Assembly: GCF_001194135.2 (NCBI RefSeq)
Contig: NC_068981.1
Span: 194,670,912-194,734,911 of the forward strand
Source of the DNA: Octopus bimaculoides
Lineage: Eukaryota
Direction of reading: 5' to 3'
DNA: 64,000 bases
A program made the translations under genes and the position numbers. The number at the start of each line of letters is the position of its first letter. Position 1 is the first letter of the stretch. Below the pieces are notes generated by a model. It did no database searches, had not been told where the DNA came from, and worked only from the letters and a program-made list of their open reading frames with translations. This document shows positions 50,201 to 62,305 of the stretch, piece after piece.

Positions 50201-50629
50201 AGTTTTGCTGTTCAATCCCGTTATTTAAAACAAAATACCTGTTAGGTACCGCGGTTAATACAATCGATCATACCCACAGTTCTAAATGGATCGCCTAATC
50301 ATTATATAAGAAAACAATATTTACATCTACACGACGTTTCGATCTGTTATAATTTATTTAGAAATAAAAGGGTCCTAGTTCGAATCCAGTTTGGTATTAC
50401 TCACGCACACACACAAAGGAATAATGACAAAATATAGTCTTGATGTAAATATTAAAAAGAAGAAAACGTTTCATTTCTAAAGATGAAGCAAATTAATTAG
50501 AAATTATATTAACACCAATTCATCTCAGCCGTTGACTCAGTCGTAATTTACAAACTAATATAGAAGATAAATAATAATAAAATATAACAAACCAGGGTCA
50601 CTTTCTAACTCCAGCCAACCTTTGTTCAT
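18736..50629 (-). CDS. BAP1: Ubiquitin carboxyl-terminal hydrolase BAP1 (UCH-family H2AK119ub deubiquitinase); multi-exon
   Basis: Exons in minus-strand order: 50629-50593 ([12 protein letters not shown]), 47769-47740, 47211-47157, 45806-45677, 44285-44166 ([13 protein letters not shown]), 43523-43462, 40774-40632 ([22 protein letters not shown]), 39329-39251, 38467-38344, 22563-21637, 19655-19563, and a last exon whose 5' end is in the gap, visible 18924-18736 ([19 protein letters not shown]...[11 protein letters not shown]). First nine exon sizes 37/30/55/130/120/62/143/79/124 versus human 37/30/55/133/120/62/143/79/124. Catalytic Q, C, H, D all present. Confidence 0.97.
20054..20385 (-). 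mobile_element. Most abundant interspersed repeat, ending in (GAT)n with internal ~60-66 bp modules (SINE or LINE-tail derived); representative copy
   Basis: Signature CATCATCGTTTAACGTCCGCTTTCCATGCTAGCATGGGTTGGACG...CAGCTGGATGCCCTTCCTAACGCCAACCACTC. Roughly 30 copies in both orientations, e.g. about 3870, 6960, 8700, 15190, 19850, 23900, 26684, 27905, 28215, 30727, 34450, 38078, 38810, 39885, 41170, 43603, 46850, 57770, 58080, 58910, 59270. Confidence 0.85.
21114..21522. repeat. 16-bp minisatellite, about 25 units
   Basis: Units GAGGTACTCTGTTCAT / GTGGTACCCTGTTCAT / GAGGCAC(T)nCAT. Confidence 0.9.
23390..23686 (+). mobile_element. Possible non-autonomous Helitron/DINE-like fragment
   Basis: (CTGT)n tract followed by GAAACTTGGCAG, ends CTAG|T; no clear subterminal hairpin. 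Confidence 0.3.
25017..25547. mobile_element. Mariner-derived fold-back MITE built from two element 3' ends
   Basis: TA|CGAGGGTGAGTGAAAAAGTAATGCC ... GGCATTACTTTTTGACTCACCCTC. Arms of about 205-225 bp. The interior encodes [24 protein letters not shown] (mariner YSPDLAPSDYHLF motif). Confidence 0.85.
26121..26563 (-). mobile_element. Composite element A: inverted hammerhead arms flanking a tRNA-like Pol III head; 11-bp TSD
   Basis: TSD AGGTAATATTT at 26110-26120 and 26564-26574; tRNA-like head on - at about 26285-26357; hammerhead cores at about 26168-26213 (-) and 26428-26473 (+). Confidence 0.85.
26428..26473 (+). ncRNA. Minimal type-I hammerhead ribozyme motif (Penelope-type, probably dimer-dependent)
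   Basis: GACAC CTGATGA A GGCTG-gagggtataa-CAGCC GAAA CG T T GTGTT: stem I GACAC/GTGTT, 5-bp stem II, palindromic AACGTT in place of helix III, GUU triplet. Confidence 0.65.
30050..30715 (-). mobile_element. Degraded non-LTR retrotransposon RT/C-terminal fragment
   Basis: [10 protein letters not shown]...AFNKL (FKYLGS RT motif), followed by EETWT...DHLDG with stop codons. Confidence 0.6.
35638..36400 (-). mobile_element. Truncated mariner transposon, transposase pseudogene fragment
   Basis: RTIEELVDM...[26 protein letters not shown]...[15 protein letters not shown] (WVPR and TGDESW motifs, degenerate). One TIR-like end GGAGGGGTACCCGAAAGAAACTGGAAT at about 35640. Confidence 0.85.
36466..36695 (+). 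mobile_element. tRNA-derived SINE family 1 (representative copy)
   Basis: GGCGAGCTGGCAGAAACGTTAGC...GAGTTCAAATT..GCCGAGGTCGACTTTGCCTTTCATCC. Further copies at about 9405-9560(-), 38616-38790, 53765-53985(-), 55950-56130(-), 60490-60690, 61010-61235, 61365-61530(-). Confidence 0.8.
37915..38075 (-). mobile_element. RTE-like LINE reverse transcriptase fragment running into the N-gap
   Basis: [46 protein letters not shown] (Q.GF...STTDA.F and F.D..KAFD.V RT motifs). Confidence 0.85.
40322..40462 (-). mobile_element. Solo arm of the hammerhead composite family
   Basis: Minus strand: GACAC CTGAAGA AGGCTG..CAGCC GAAACATT GTGTT; same flanks as the arms at 26121-26270 and 56242-56420. Confidence 0.8.
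42117..43036 (+). mobile_element. Probable non-autonomous Helitron (interrupted by an N-gap)
   Basis: A|TCTATAATAATAAATGCC at the 5' end; 3' hairpin AGCTTAAAAGCCACCC-GATA-GGGTGGCTTTTAAGCT and terminal CTAG|T. Confidence 0.55.
43070..43285. mobile_element. pogo/Tigger-like MITE
   Basis: TA|CAGTAATCCCT ... AGGGATTATTG with the internal CCTATCGCGG motif repeated. Confidence 0.65.
44560..45100 (-). mobile_element. Highly degraded RTE-like LINE fragment
   Basis: [14 protein letters not shown] resembles the E.V..F.YLGD RT motif; similar purine-rich decayed stretches at about 2350-2990 and 31030-31450. Confidence 0.3.
47375..47738. mobile_element. Two piggyBac-like MITE copies in BAP1 intron 2 (47375-47530; 47551-47738, truncated at the exon 2 donor)
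   Basis: Reverse complement of the 6651-6871 family, TTAA|CCC starts; the second copy ends within the exon 2 splice donor. Confidence 0.75.
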
Positions 50630-52223
50630 GTTTTTCTTAAGAAAAGACAAACCGTGAAAAGTGGAGCGAGTTAGCCATTGTTTCATACACGGTGTCTATA
50701 GAAAATATCCCCATTGATATAGAATACCGGATTACATTTGTACTCTTCTGTATACCTCCGTAGTTTTTTTTTTTTACCAAATTTATGTAAATAATTAAGA
50801 AATTATATTTGTTTTATGAATGTATGTATATCTGTGCATTAATAATGTACCTTTTCTTATAATATATATCTGTGCTTATAACATATAGTAAGTATAGTTT
50901 CTTAATTGTATGTAGTAATTAGCCAAGAAACAGTGAAAGTGCGATTGGCAATGAAATAATAATGTTAATAAGTTTTGTATTGTAGAAAGTTAAGAGAAAA
51001 AAAGTAAGATTTCAAAGTAGGAAAATAACAGAAAAATCGCGACTAAATTATTGGCAGACGGCAAAGAATTTTTATGCAAGGGAAATAACTTGTTAAACTT
51101 ATTGAAGAGTTATCTTCCTTAAATTCTGCCCCTTTACGCTAAAATGCCAGAGATAAATTTTATTTTTCATTGTCCATGGCGCCCATTATATTGACACTGT
51201 ATAAATAGCATTTATACAGTAGATTAATTAACGAGGTATGGTGAGTTCAAATCCATAACAGTCATTTTGTCATTTCTCTGAAACAGACATTTAGTTGTAC
51301 TGGAGAAATTACGAAATTATCCACAAATTGTTTGGCGTCTTATCCACGAAAAAGTTTTTCTGTCGTTCAGTTTGTTCAATCGGAACTACAGTTAAGTACT
51401 ATCCTTGATGACCAGTGTGTGTTATTGAACGATTATCGCTGGATAAATCAAACATCAACTTCAGGTGAAATATGCTGTAACACGAAAGATGTATCTTGTA
51501 AAACACAACCTTTATAATCACCTACTGCCCAAGCTGTAGCAAATCTCTTTTGATTCCTTGCAGAATGAATATCTACCGACTTTACTAGGTCTTTGCTTCT
51601 CATCCGTGGTAGTTCTGTAATCTCGCTGGGAAAGCCTCTACTTTTGTGATCCGATTTATGTCCAACTCTACATTATACACATAAAGTGAATGTCCTTAAA
51701 ACTATCTCTTCCACTCCATTAAGCCAAATATGAAAACAACACCTGCCATTTCAAACCAACACGGGGACCATCTCTGATAATGTCCCTCCAGTTACTCTCA
51801 TAGTGTGCTCCCTATCTTTGCCGAATTCATCAAACTATTCATAGGGAACAGGATGACTGCGTGTTTCTTTGCAAAATACAGTCACTATTCATACCAAGAA
51901 CATAATATTGTATCAGTCCCCGCATGATGAACACAGAACTAAATCTCTCAATGTTGATAGAAATTCTACTTTTCTGATGATGTAAAACTTGCCACCATTA
52001 TATACTAAGAAGATACTCTTTTTTCACTCTTTTACTTGTTTCAGTCATTTGACTGTGGCCATGCTGGAGCACCGCCTTTAGTCGAGCAAATCAACCCCAG
52101 GACTTATTCTTTGGAAGCCTAGTACTTATTCTATCTATCTCTTTTGCCGAACCGCTAAGTTACGGGGGCGTAAACACACCAGCATCGGTTGTCAAGCGAT
52201 GTTGGGGGACAAACACAGACACA

Positions 52224-52271
<48 letters not shown>

Positions 52272-52719
52272 CATATACATATACATATATACGACGGGCT
52301 TCTTTCAGCTTCCGTCTACCAAATCCACTCACAAGGCTTTGGTCGGCTCGATGCTATAGTAGAAGACACTTGCCCAAGGTGCCACGTAGTGGGACTGAAC
52401 CCGGAACCATGTGGTTCGTAAGCAAGCTACTTACCACACAGCCTATATTTTGTCTTTTTTTTATGTGCACGGAAGTCTCATTTTCATAAAATGTTCTCAG
52501 CAGCCTATGCTATGTAAATGCAAATCCCAACGCTTTATGGTTTAATAATCTTATCAAATTGCAACCCATCCCGTTCACATGGTCACGTTAAGGTGTGTTT
52601 AATTATCTCCCTTCTATTTACTGACATGGGAGGTAACTCTTCGTGTTAACCGGAATGAAGGATAAACATTTCCTTTTCACCGTTTCTTAAGAGATCAACA
52701 TTTGGTGTAACATTGTCCA
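50630..52719. promoter_or_regulatory. Putative divergent promoter and 5' UTR region shared by BAP1 and the RPUSD3-like gene
   Basis: Start codons are 2.1 kb apart, head-to-head; 49950-51550 lacks the common SINEs and shows visibly more CpG than the introns (not quantified). Confidence 0.5.
52023..52445 (-). mobile_element. tRNA-derived SINE family 2 with an internal (TG)n tract (representative full copy)
   Basis: GGCTGTGTGGTAAG...GGTTCCGGGTTCAGTCCC head, tail TGACTGAAACAAGTAAAAGA. Copies at about 353-560(-), 1375-1510, 4040-4305, 10795-11200(-), 13425-13830(-), 20490-20650(-), 40935-41150(-), 45140-45505, 46115-46285(-), 54660-54930(-), 59845-60060. Confidence 0.85.
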
Positions 52720-55450
52720 ATGTTACCACTAGTATTGAACCCGCGTCACCTTACTAAGTGTGGTAATCATCTCCTGAAAGCCTTATTTCCTCCTCCTCCT
52801 CACTACCCGACAAAAGCACGCTTCTGTAATATAACACAGAGGAGATGGATTCACACGAGAGAAATTGGTGCGTGCCTTTCGTCTTCTCAAGACATCAACA
52901 TTGGTGCGAACCTTTACCAAACACCGGACCTTGCTTGTAATTCTTCCTACAGATATCACAGTTCATTCCGTTCTGAACGTAAAGAAGACTTCAGTTCTCT
53001 CAAAATGACTCGATTTATGGAAAATATTTTAAACCACGTTATTTACGAAGATGGTAATATATTTACATTTGTCTCCGTTTTGTGTTTACGGTTTATATTT
53101 GTGACCCACGTGTGGTTTTGGTACCTTCTTTGTACCTGTGTCATACAGTCATTTCCTAAAGTGTGTATCTTTTATTTGTTTCAGTCATTGGACTGCGGCC
53201 ATGCTGTAGCATTGCTTTCAATGGTTTTAGCCAAACAGATCGACAAGGGATTAAACAGTAACAGCTAAATATTAATAACAGCCACATTAGCACCAGTTGT
53301 CTCTATCTACCATGTTCTCTGGAGGAAAAGACTGTTGATAGCTTTGACCGGTTGCACTACAATGTGGCCGTGACCTTGTCATGTGTTGTCACACTGTCAT
53401 CACTGCTTGAGAAACCGTTATCACACTTTGTTTATGACCTTGACAGACCTTGTAATACTGTGATGGTCACTTTGGCAGATCTTACCTCCCTGTGACCATG
53501 AGCTTGATTGGCCCTACCACTGTGGCTATGACCTTCTTTGAGCTCACCCATCCAACCTTGACCATGTCTAATCCTACCACTCTGATCTTGATCTTGACTG
53601 ACCATACCAATCTGGTCATCTCCTTGATAGGCCACACCATACTGTGACCATACACATACCATACTGTGTGTCCATGACCTCTGCAGACCCAAGCAAACTC
53701 TGTCCAGCATCGTGGTCAGCCCTACCAGACTGTTGCGACTGATGTAGTTTCTTATTTCTTTATTGCCCACAAGGGGCTAAACGTAGAGGAGACAAACAAG
53801 GACAGACAAGGGAATAAGTCGATTACATCGACCCCAGTGCGTAACTGGTACTTAATTTATCGACCCCCAAAAAGATGAAAGGCAAAGTCGACCTCGGCGG
53901 AATTTGAACACAGAACGTAAAGACAGACGAAATAACGGTAAGCATTTCGCCCAGCATGCTAACGTTTCTGCCAGGTCGCCGCCTTTGATGTAGTTCCTAT
54001 TTAGTTTTGAACATCTGTAAACCAACATTTGTACAAGGAAAATGCATGAGGAACGAGAAACCAAGAAGGTTAGCATTTGAGGGTCACCACCACCACCATC
54101 TCCACAAACATCATAGTCATCCTCTTCTACCATTGTTACCAAGCACCACCACCACCGTCTCTAACCTGTGTTTTCTTCTTCTTCTCATTAGATGATGTCG
54201 TTGCCATAAATAAACCCAGTGGAGTCACAGTTTTTGGTAAGTTGCTATTTATTTATTTCAATATATTTTAGAGAATAAATTATTGAGAATAATTACTCAG
54301 GGACCTCCTCCGCCTCATCATCATCATCACCACCACCACCACCACCACCACCACCACCATCACCATCACCATCATCATCATTTAACGTCTGGGTGGGACG
54401 TTACCACAAGAGCTGACTAGGCCGAAGCCTGCACCGGGGCTCTGTGACTGTTTTGGCAGGAATTTTACGACTTCCGAACACCAACCACTCAGCAGAGTGG
54501 ACTTAGTGCTTTTTAAGTGGCCCAAGCACAAGCGAGGTCAGTTTTGGCAAGGTTTTTACAGCTGGATGCCCTTCCTAACACTGACCACAAAACAAAAAAA
54601 TAAGCTAGTGTTGATGTATTTCATTTAAGGGACACTAAAAGGCTAACTTGGCACAGGTGTGGCTGTGTTGTACGTATTCTGTCAGTCTCTTTTGCCAAAC
54701 CGTTAAGTTACAGGGATGTAAACACACCAACACTGGTTGTTAAGCAGAGGTGGGGGACAAACACTCACACACATATATCATGGGCTTCTCTCAATTTCCG
54801 TCTACCAAATCCACTTACATGGCTTTGGTCGGCCCAGGGTTAAAGTAGAAGACATTTATTGAAGGTGCCACGCAATAGGACTGAACCCGGAGCCATGTGT
54901 TTGGGAAGCAAGCTTCTTACCACACAACCACTTTTACACCTTACCCCCCTCCCCCATAATATGTGCTGAGAATCACGATGTTCCAGATATGTACTGAAAG
55001 TGACCGCGGGTCAAGTGGAAGATGGTGATGTTGTAGTAAAAGCAAGGAGATTGTGGAGGATTAGGGTTAAATGGTTTGATGGTGGAGGGGCAGACGTTGA
55101 CCAAGGTCAGTGGTATGAGAAACGGTGATGTGTGCCACCTGAATAGAACTCCCCAAAGAGCTTTGAGCTTGTGGAATTGTTAATTAAAGAACATAGAAGA
55201 GCAGAGATGTATGAAGGTACAAACCTATCCGACCCATATTACTATACGATGATGATGATAATGATGATGATGACGATGGGGATGATGATTATGGTGGTGG
55301 TGGTGCTGCTGCTGATGTCAAAAGTCATTAAAATTTTGTTTTCATCTCCTTAATTTCTGAAAATCATTTCCATTCAGATATTTTTTCCTGTTTGGGAGAG
55401 TGTGATGATATTCTCTGTCTGTCTGTCTTTCTGCATGTGTGTGTATGTGT

Positions 55451-55487
<37 letters not shown>

Positions 55488-55543
55488 TGTCTGTCTGTCT
55501 GTCTCTATCTCTCTCTCTCTCTTTCTGCATGTGTGTGTACGTG

Positions 55544-55590
<47 letters not shown>

Positions 55591-56512
55591 TTCTCGCTCT
55601 CTCTCCCTCTCTCTCCACTTCTCCATTGGATTTATCCAAGATTAGGAGGCTGATCTCAACATATCGTTCATCTTATTATTTACAGGTCAGAAAGTCCGTG
55701 AACATGAAGATGAGAAAGGTTATTGCCTCCCGATATTTGCTGATTCGGAACCAGACCCCAATCTTTGTCTGGCTGACATAATGCCACTTCTTAGAAGACA
55801 TTTCAAATCTCCTGCCCTCACCATTGTCCACTCAATCAAAATGTAAGCAATAAGGCTTTTTTTTCTTTTTCCTTAATACTTCTTAGAACATTCTATAATT
55901 TTTTCTTTCAATCTTCCCATTTTCCTTGGATATCCCACAATTCCTTATTTCTTTATTGCCCAGAGGGCAATAGAGGGACATAGAGGGGACAAACAAGGAC
56001 AGACAAAGGGATTAAGTTGATTACATCGACCCCAGTGCGTAATTGGTACTTAATTTATCCACCCCGAAAGGATGAAAGGCAAAGTCGACCTCGGCGGAAT
56101 TTGAACTCAGAACGTAACAGCAGACAAAATACCGTGCTAACAATTCTTCCAGCTCCCACAATGCCGATATTTTATGTACCACATCTTATCGAGAACTCTG
56201 TCTTTCATCTAGCTAAGATCATTGAGAGCAATACCAGTGATAATACAGTTCTATATTCAAGAGATGAGGAATTATTTACATTATTTACATTTGACGGATA
56301 TTTCTCCTCATCTTGTTTGTTGTTAACACGTTTCAGTTGAGATACCCTCCAGCCTTCATCAGGTGTCTTGGGGAAATTTTGAACCTGCGTTCTCATTCCT
56401 AAGGTATTCTTTGATGTTATTATTATTATTATTATGCCCATGGGCATATGGCGTAGTGGTTAAGAGTGTAGGCTACTAACCTCAAGATTCCGAGTTCAAT
56501 TCCAGGCAGTGA

Positions 56513-56546
<34 letters not shown>

Positions 56547-58372
56547 TAATAATAATAATAATAATAATTAATAATAATAATAATAACGATAAAATCGAAA
56601 AATAGCTTAGGAATAAGAACCCAGGTTCTAATTTCCCCAAGACACCTGAGGAAGGCTGGAGGGTATATCAGGCGAAACATCGTGTTAACAACAAACAAGA
56701 TGAGGACAAATATCTGTCAAATGTAAATAAAGTAAATATATACCAGTGATGTTCTGGGGTTCATATTTAATCACCCCACTCTATCATTATCCCACCACAC
56801 CCTACCATCACCCCACTCCACCTACCACCNNNNNNNNNNNNNNNNNNNNNNCAACACCTCACCCCCTACTAACACCTGTAAAGTGACCTCATTTCTCTTG
56901 TACCACAAATACTACTGCCCATACTGCACTCCTCCCACTGCTGTGTCCACTGTTATGGCTCACAGTCGTTTCTGTTTCTCTCCCTCGCTCGCAGGTTCTA
57001 CAGTGGAGTGTTGTTGCTGGCCAAACACAAAACTGGCAAGGACAAAATGATGCAGTCTTTAGACAGAGCCAAGTCTCTGGGCACATTCTACCAGTCTTAC
57101 TTGTAAGTCACTTTTCGTCATCATCATCATCATCGTCATCAGTATTGTCATCATTATTGTCGCCACCAGTGTTGTCATCATCATCATTGTCAATATTGTC
57201 ACCATTCTCATCGTCATCATCATCGTCGTCATCATTGTCATCATCATTTTCGTCGTTAGCACTGGTGTTGTTATCATCACTGTCATCATCACTGTCATCA
57301 TCATCATCGTTGTCGTCAGCATCATCATCATCATCATTGGCATCCTCACCATCACCACTGGTGTTGTGATCGTCATCATCGTCATCATCATCACTGTCAT
57401 CATTATTGTCGTCATCATTGCCATCGTCGTCGTCATCACCATTGATGTTGTCATCACCATTGATGTTGTCATCACCATTGATGTTGTCATCATCATCACA
57501 GTCATCATCATAACATCAAGTGTGTGTCAATATGTGTATATTTTTATGTAGCCTTGAATGCATGCATGCGTGTATGTGTGTGTGTACTACCACTACTGTT
57601 ACTACTACTATTACAACCCATTTTTGTTGTGAATTTTGTGAGAAAATCGCGTGAAATTTCAACATTAAATTAATCATGAAAGATTAATTTAATTTAATTC
57701 AGTGTCTTGTCTCTTTTTGCATGATTATATTGTTGCCACATAAAAGGCACCCGTGCTGGAACCATGTAAAAAAGCACCCAGTGCACTCTGTAGAGTGGTT
57801 GGGATTAGGAAGGGCATCGAGCTGTAGAAACCATGCCAAAAGAGACGATTGGAATTAGGTGCAGTTCTCTGGCTTGCCAGTGCTTTGTTAAACTGTCCAA
57901 CTCATGCCAGCATGGAAAAATAGACATTAGATGGTGATGATGATAATGAATTGAAACCGGTCGTATTTTTGTTAAAAATAGACCTTTGGCAATATGCTGT
58001 GCTTGAGAAGAAGTCCCATCAAGCCAAGTGAAATCATAGTGATGGCAGATACCGGTGTCATGCAACTGGCACCTGTGCCAGTGACACATAAAAAGCACCC
58101 ACTACACTCTCTCAGAGTGGTTGGCATTAGGAAGGGCATCCAGCTGTAGAAGCCATGCCAAATCAGACTGGAACTTGGTGCAGCCTTCCAGCATGCCAGC
58201 CCTTGTCAAACCACTCAACTCATGCCAGCATGGACAACAGATGTTAAATGATGATGTTGATAATAATGATGATGACGACGACGATTTTATATGATAAAGT
58301 TCTCAAAAAGTTCATGTTTTAAATATGAATTTACTTGTGTAAACTGTCATTACTTTTTGCAATATGTATAAA

Positions 58373-58417
<45 letters not shown>

Positions 58418-58540
58418 NNNNNNNNNNNNNNNNNNNNNNNNNNNNNNNNNNNNNNNNNNNNNNNNNNNNNNNNNNNNNNNNNNNNNNNNNNNNNNNNNNN
58501 NNNNNNNNNNNNNNNNNNNNNNNNNNNNNNNNNNNNNNNN

Positions 58541-58592
<52 letters not shown>

Positions 58593-61500
58593 TAAACACA
58601 CATATATTTTATATTTAGTGTTTGAATAATTGTAGAGCTATAACTGTTGGAATACCAAAGCAAGATGCACCTACCAAGTCAAGTTATTACTTAAAGCAAG
58701 AAAATATCCAAGACAGGGTTTTGGTAAGTTCCAGTAAACATGTTATTATTATATTGATGAAAGATTCTTCTTCTTCTTCTTCTTCAATGCCAACATGGAA
58801 AGCAGACGTTAAATGGTGATGATGATGATGTTCATGAAATTCCAGTCAGTAAAAGTGACCCAAGTCACTTAACTTCCTAGAAATAACAGTCAAATTACGA
58901 TCTCATCATCATTTAACGTCCGCTTTCCATGCTTTCATGGGTTGGACGATTTGACTGGGGACTGGCAAGCCAGATGGCTACACCAGACTCCAATCTGATC
59001 AGGCAGAGTTTCTACAGCTGGATGTCCTTCCTAACGCCAACCACTCCGAGAGTGTAGTGGGTGCTTTTTACATGCCACCGGCACAGGAGCGAGACCATGG
59101 CACGGGAGGTTTTTCTAAAATATATAAGGCAGTATTTCTCAAACATTTTACCCTTGTATAACACTTAAATTAGATTACATGTCTCAAGGAACCCCTGCAC
59201 ACAAAACAATAAATCATATACCATATCTTTCTCATATTTTCTCATCATAGCTCACATAGTAAATCAGCATCATCATCGTTTAAAGTCTGTTTTCCATGCT
59301 GGCATGAGTTGGACGGCTCCAATCTGATCTAGCAATGTTTCTATAGCTAGATGCCCTTCCTAACGCCAACCACTCCGAGAGTGTAGTGGATGCTTTTTAT
59401 GTGCCACCACGGAAGCCAGTCAAGTGGGCTTGGCATCGATCACATTCACGTAGTGCTTTTTACGTGTCACCGGCATGGGAGCCAGTCAGGGGGTACTGGC
59501 ATCGACCACTTTCGGATGGTGCTTTTTACATGCCATCAGCACGGGAGCCAATCAGGGGGTAAATATCATATATATATAGTTATATTTTTTTTTTTGATAA
59601 CATAATAGGTTAGATAGGATGATAACTATATTACAATAACCAATAATATGTTGTGTATGTATAGTAATATTACGATCATGAAATTAGCATTAGCTTATCT
59701 CACTCTTTCTTGTGGAACCCCAGTTGAAAAATGCTGATATAAGGACACATTTGTAAATGTAATCCTAAGTATACTCATGGCTGCAATATCTTTGATGGTA
59801 AGTGGTTAATGTGGTCTGACCTTGGGCTAAAGAACAACAATTCTCTTTTGTGGTTAAGAAGTTTGCTTCCCAAAAATGTGGTTTCAGGTTCAGTCCTGCT
59901 GTGTGGCACCTTGGGCAAGTGTCTTTTGTTGTGGCTTTAGTAAAGCCTTGTCAGTGGATTTGGGAGATGGAAACTGAAAGAAGCCCATCGTATGTGTGTG
60001 TGTGTGTGTCTCTTCTTGTCTTGACATTGTGTGATGGTTGTAAATGAGCATCACCATCATACTGGTATTCTTCCTGAGAAAGCATGTCCTTGCCATGGAG
60101 AAATATTACAATAGATCAAAACCAGTGAGGGTTGGTGATAGGAAGTGCGTCCAGCCATAGAAAATCCACCTCTGAATTCTGTCTGACCCATACAAGCATA
60201 GAAAAGTAGATGTTAGAATGATGATGATGATGATGATGATGGTAGCGGGGGCGGTGGCAGTGGTGATGATACTGATGATGTCTCGCTATTTCAGGAATAT
60301 TTGACATTGATGTTATTTCTTTATTTCCAGTCGCTGCCAACTGAGGCCGCTTCCAAAAATCTGAGAAAAAGCGGGAAAATCCAGAGAATAGAAGTTCAAA
60401 CTACAATACTGAAGAAGAACGAGGTGTTAAACTGTGCCTTAGTGAGACTTGATACTGTGAAAGGTAAGACTGTTCAGGGGTTTGCAGGCTGGCAGAATTG
60501 TTAGCATGCCAGGCAAAATGCTTAGTGGTATATCGTCTGTCTTTACGTTCTGAGTTCAAATTCCGCCAAAATCGACTTTGCCTTTCATCCTTTCGGGGTC
60601 AATAAATTAAGTACCAGTTGCGTACTGGGGTCGATGTAATTGACTTAATCCCTTTCTCTGTCCTTGTTTGTCCCGGCAATAAAGAAATAAGAAACTGGTG
60701 GGGGAAGCATTTTTAAATATTTTGGAGACATTCTTTGTCGGGTGAGGGTCTTTGCTTGTCTTTGAAATGTTAGTTTTGTTTTGTTGTTGTAATTCTTCTC
60801 GTTGTTGTTGTTGTTTCATTATAGATAAATGGCAGTGTTTAGAGGTGTACTGCACCACACAGCTGTGCCATGTGCTGGGAGACTACCTGTACTCCGGACG
60901 AGTCGGAAAAGTATTTGGTGTTCCAGTACTCCTGGAACCTCATTTCGCAAATGTTGGCAAACAGGTAAGGGCCATTTCTTTTTTTACTTGTTTTATTACT
61001 TTTTTGGGCGGCGAGCAGGCAGAATTGTTAGCACACTGGGCGAAATGCTTAGCGGTATTTCATCTGTCTTTACGTTCTGAGTTCAAATTCCGCCGAGGTT
61101 GACTTTGCCTTTCATCCTTTCAGGATTGATAAATTAAGTACCAGTTACACACTGGAGTCGAAGTAATCGACTTAATCCCTTTGTTTGTCCCCTCTATGTT
61201 TAGCTCCCCCCTCCCCGTGGGCAATAAAGAAATAATAATTTTTTTGTGCCATAGAACTCCTAAGGCCTGTTACCCAGTTTCCATGACATTTACATGACAA
61301 CATTCCCTGGATGGGATGCCAGTCCATTGCAGAGATCAAAGCTAGCAATTTTGAGGGGAGGGAGCAAGTTGATTACATCCATCCCAGTACTTGACCGGCA
61401 CTTTATTTGATTGACCAAGGAGATGAAAGGTAAAGTTGACCTTGGCAGTATTTGAATTCAGAACTTAAGCAGTTGCAAGAAATGCTATTAAACTTTTTTA

Positions 61501-61796
61501 TCTGATATGTTAATGATTCTGGCAGCTCACCGCCTTAAGGATCCTTAGGGTAGCAAGCTGGCAGTGCCCAAAACTGAGGCATATTGTGCCAGTGGTCGTC
61601 TACAGTGCAGAAACATGGATGGTGTACAGAACAATATGAAAGGAGAGCAATGTGTTTGGAATGTGGATCTTTTGTAGATTGGGCTGAACTAGCTGGGAAG
61701 ACAGGGTAACGAATGCTGCAGTATGAGTAAAGCTGAAAATACAAATACCTGTTTTTTGAGAATCAAGTCTACAAAGTTAGATAGCCCCTGCTGCTG

Positions 61797-61839
<43 letters not shown>

Positions 61840-62274
61840 AACACTACTACTACCACCACCACCACTACCACCACTACTACCATCATCACCATCAACAGCA
61901 GCACCAGCACCACCATCATCATCATTGCTGTTGTTGTTGTCAGCCTCTTTATCATTGTCATCATCATCATCATTATTGTTTTATGTCCATTTTTCCATGC
62001 TTGCAAGGCTTGGATGGTCATCTTCAGTACAAACTAAATAAAGGGAAAGAGTTAAAGAGAGAGGGAGAGAGAGAGTGAGAGAGAGAGGGAGAGAGAGAAA
62101 GCTTTGCAGTGTAAAAGATAAAAGATCTAAATAGTTTCCTCTGTTTTACTCAGCACTTCCTGACCCCTTCCCTTTGATCCTTGGTTGATTTGGACACGCT
62201 GAACATCATCATCATCATCACATTCATTGCCATTATCATCATTTGATTATCATCACCACCACCATCTTTACTAA

Positions 62275-62305
<31 letters not shown>

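Noticed and set aside
50378-50392. Isolated B-box-like GTTCGAATCC near the BAP1 start
   Set aside because: No A box or cloverleaf; not a tRNA gene.
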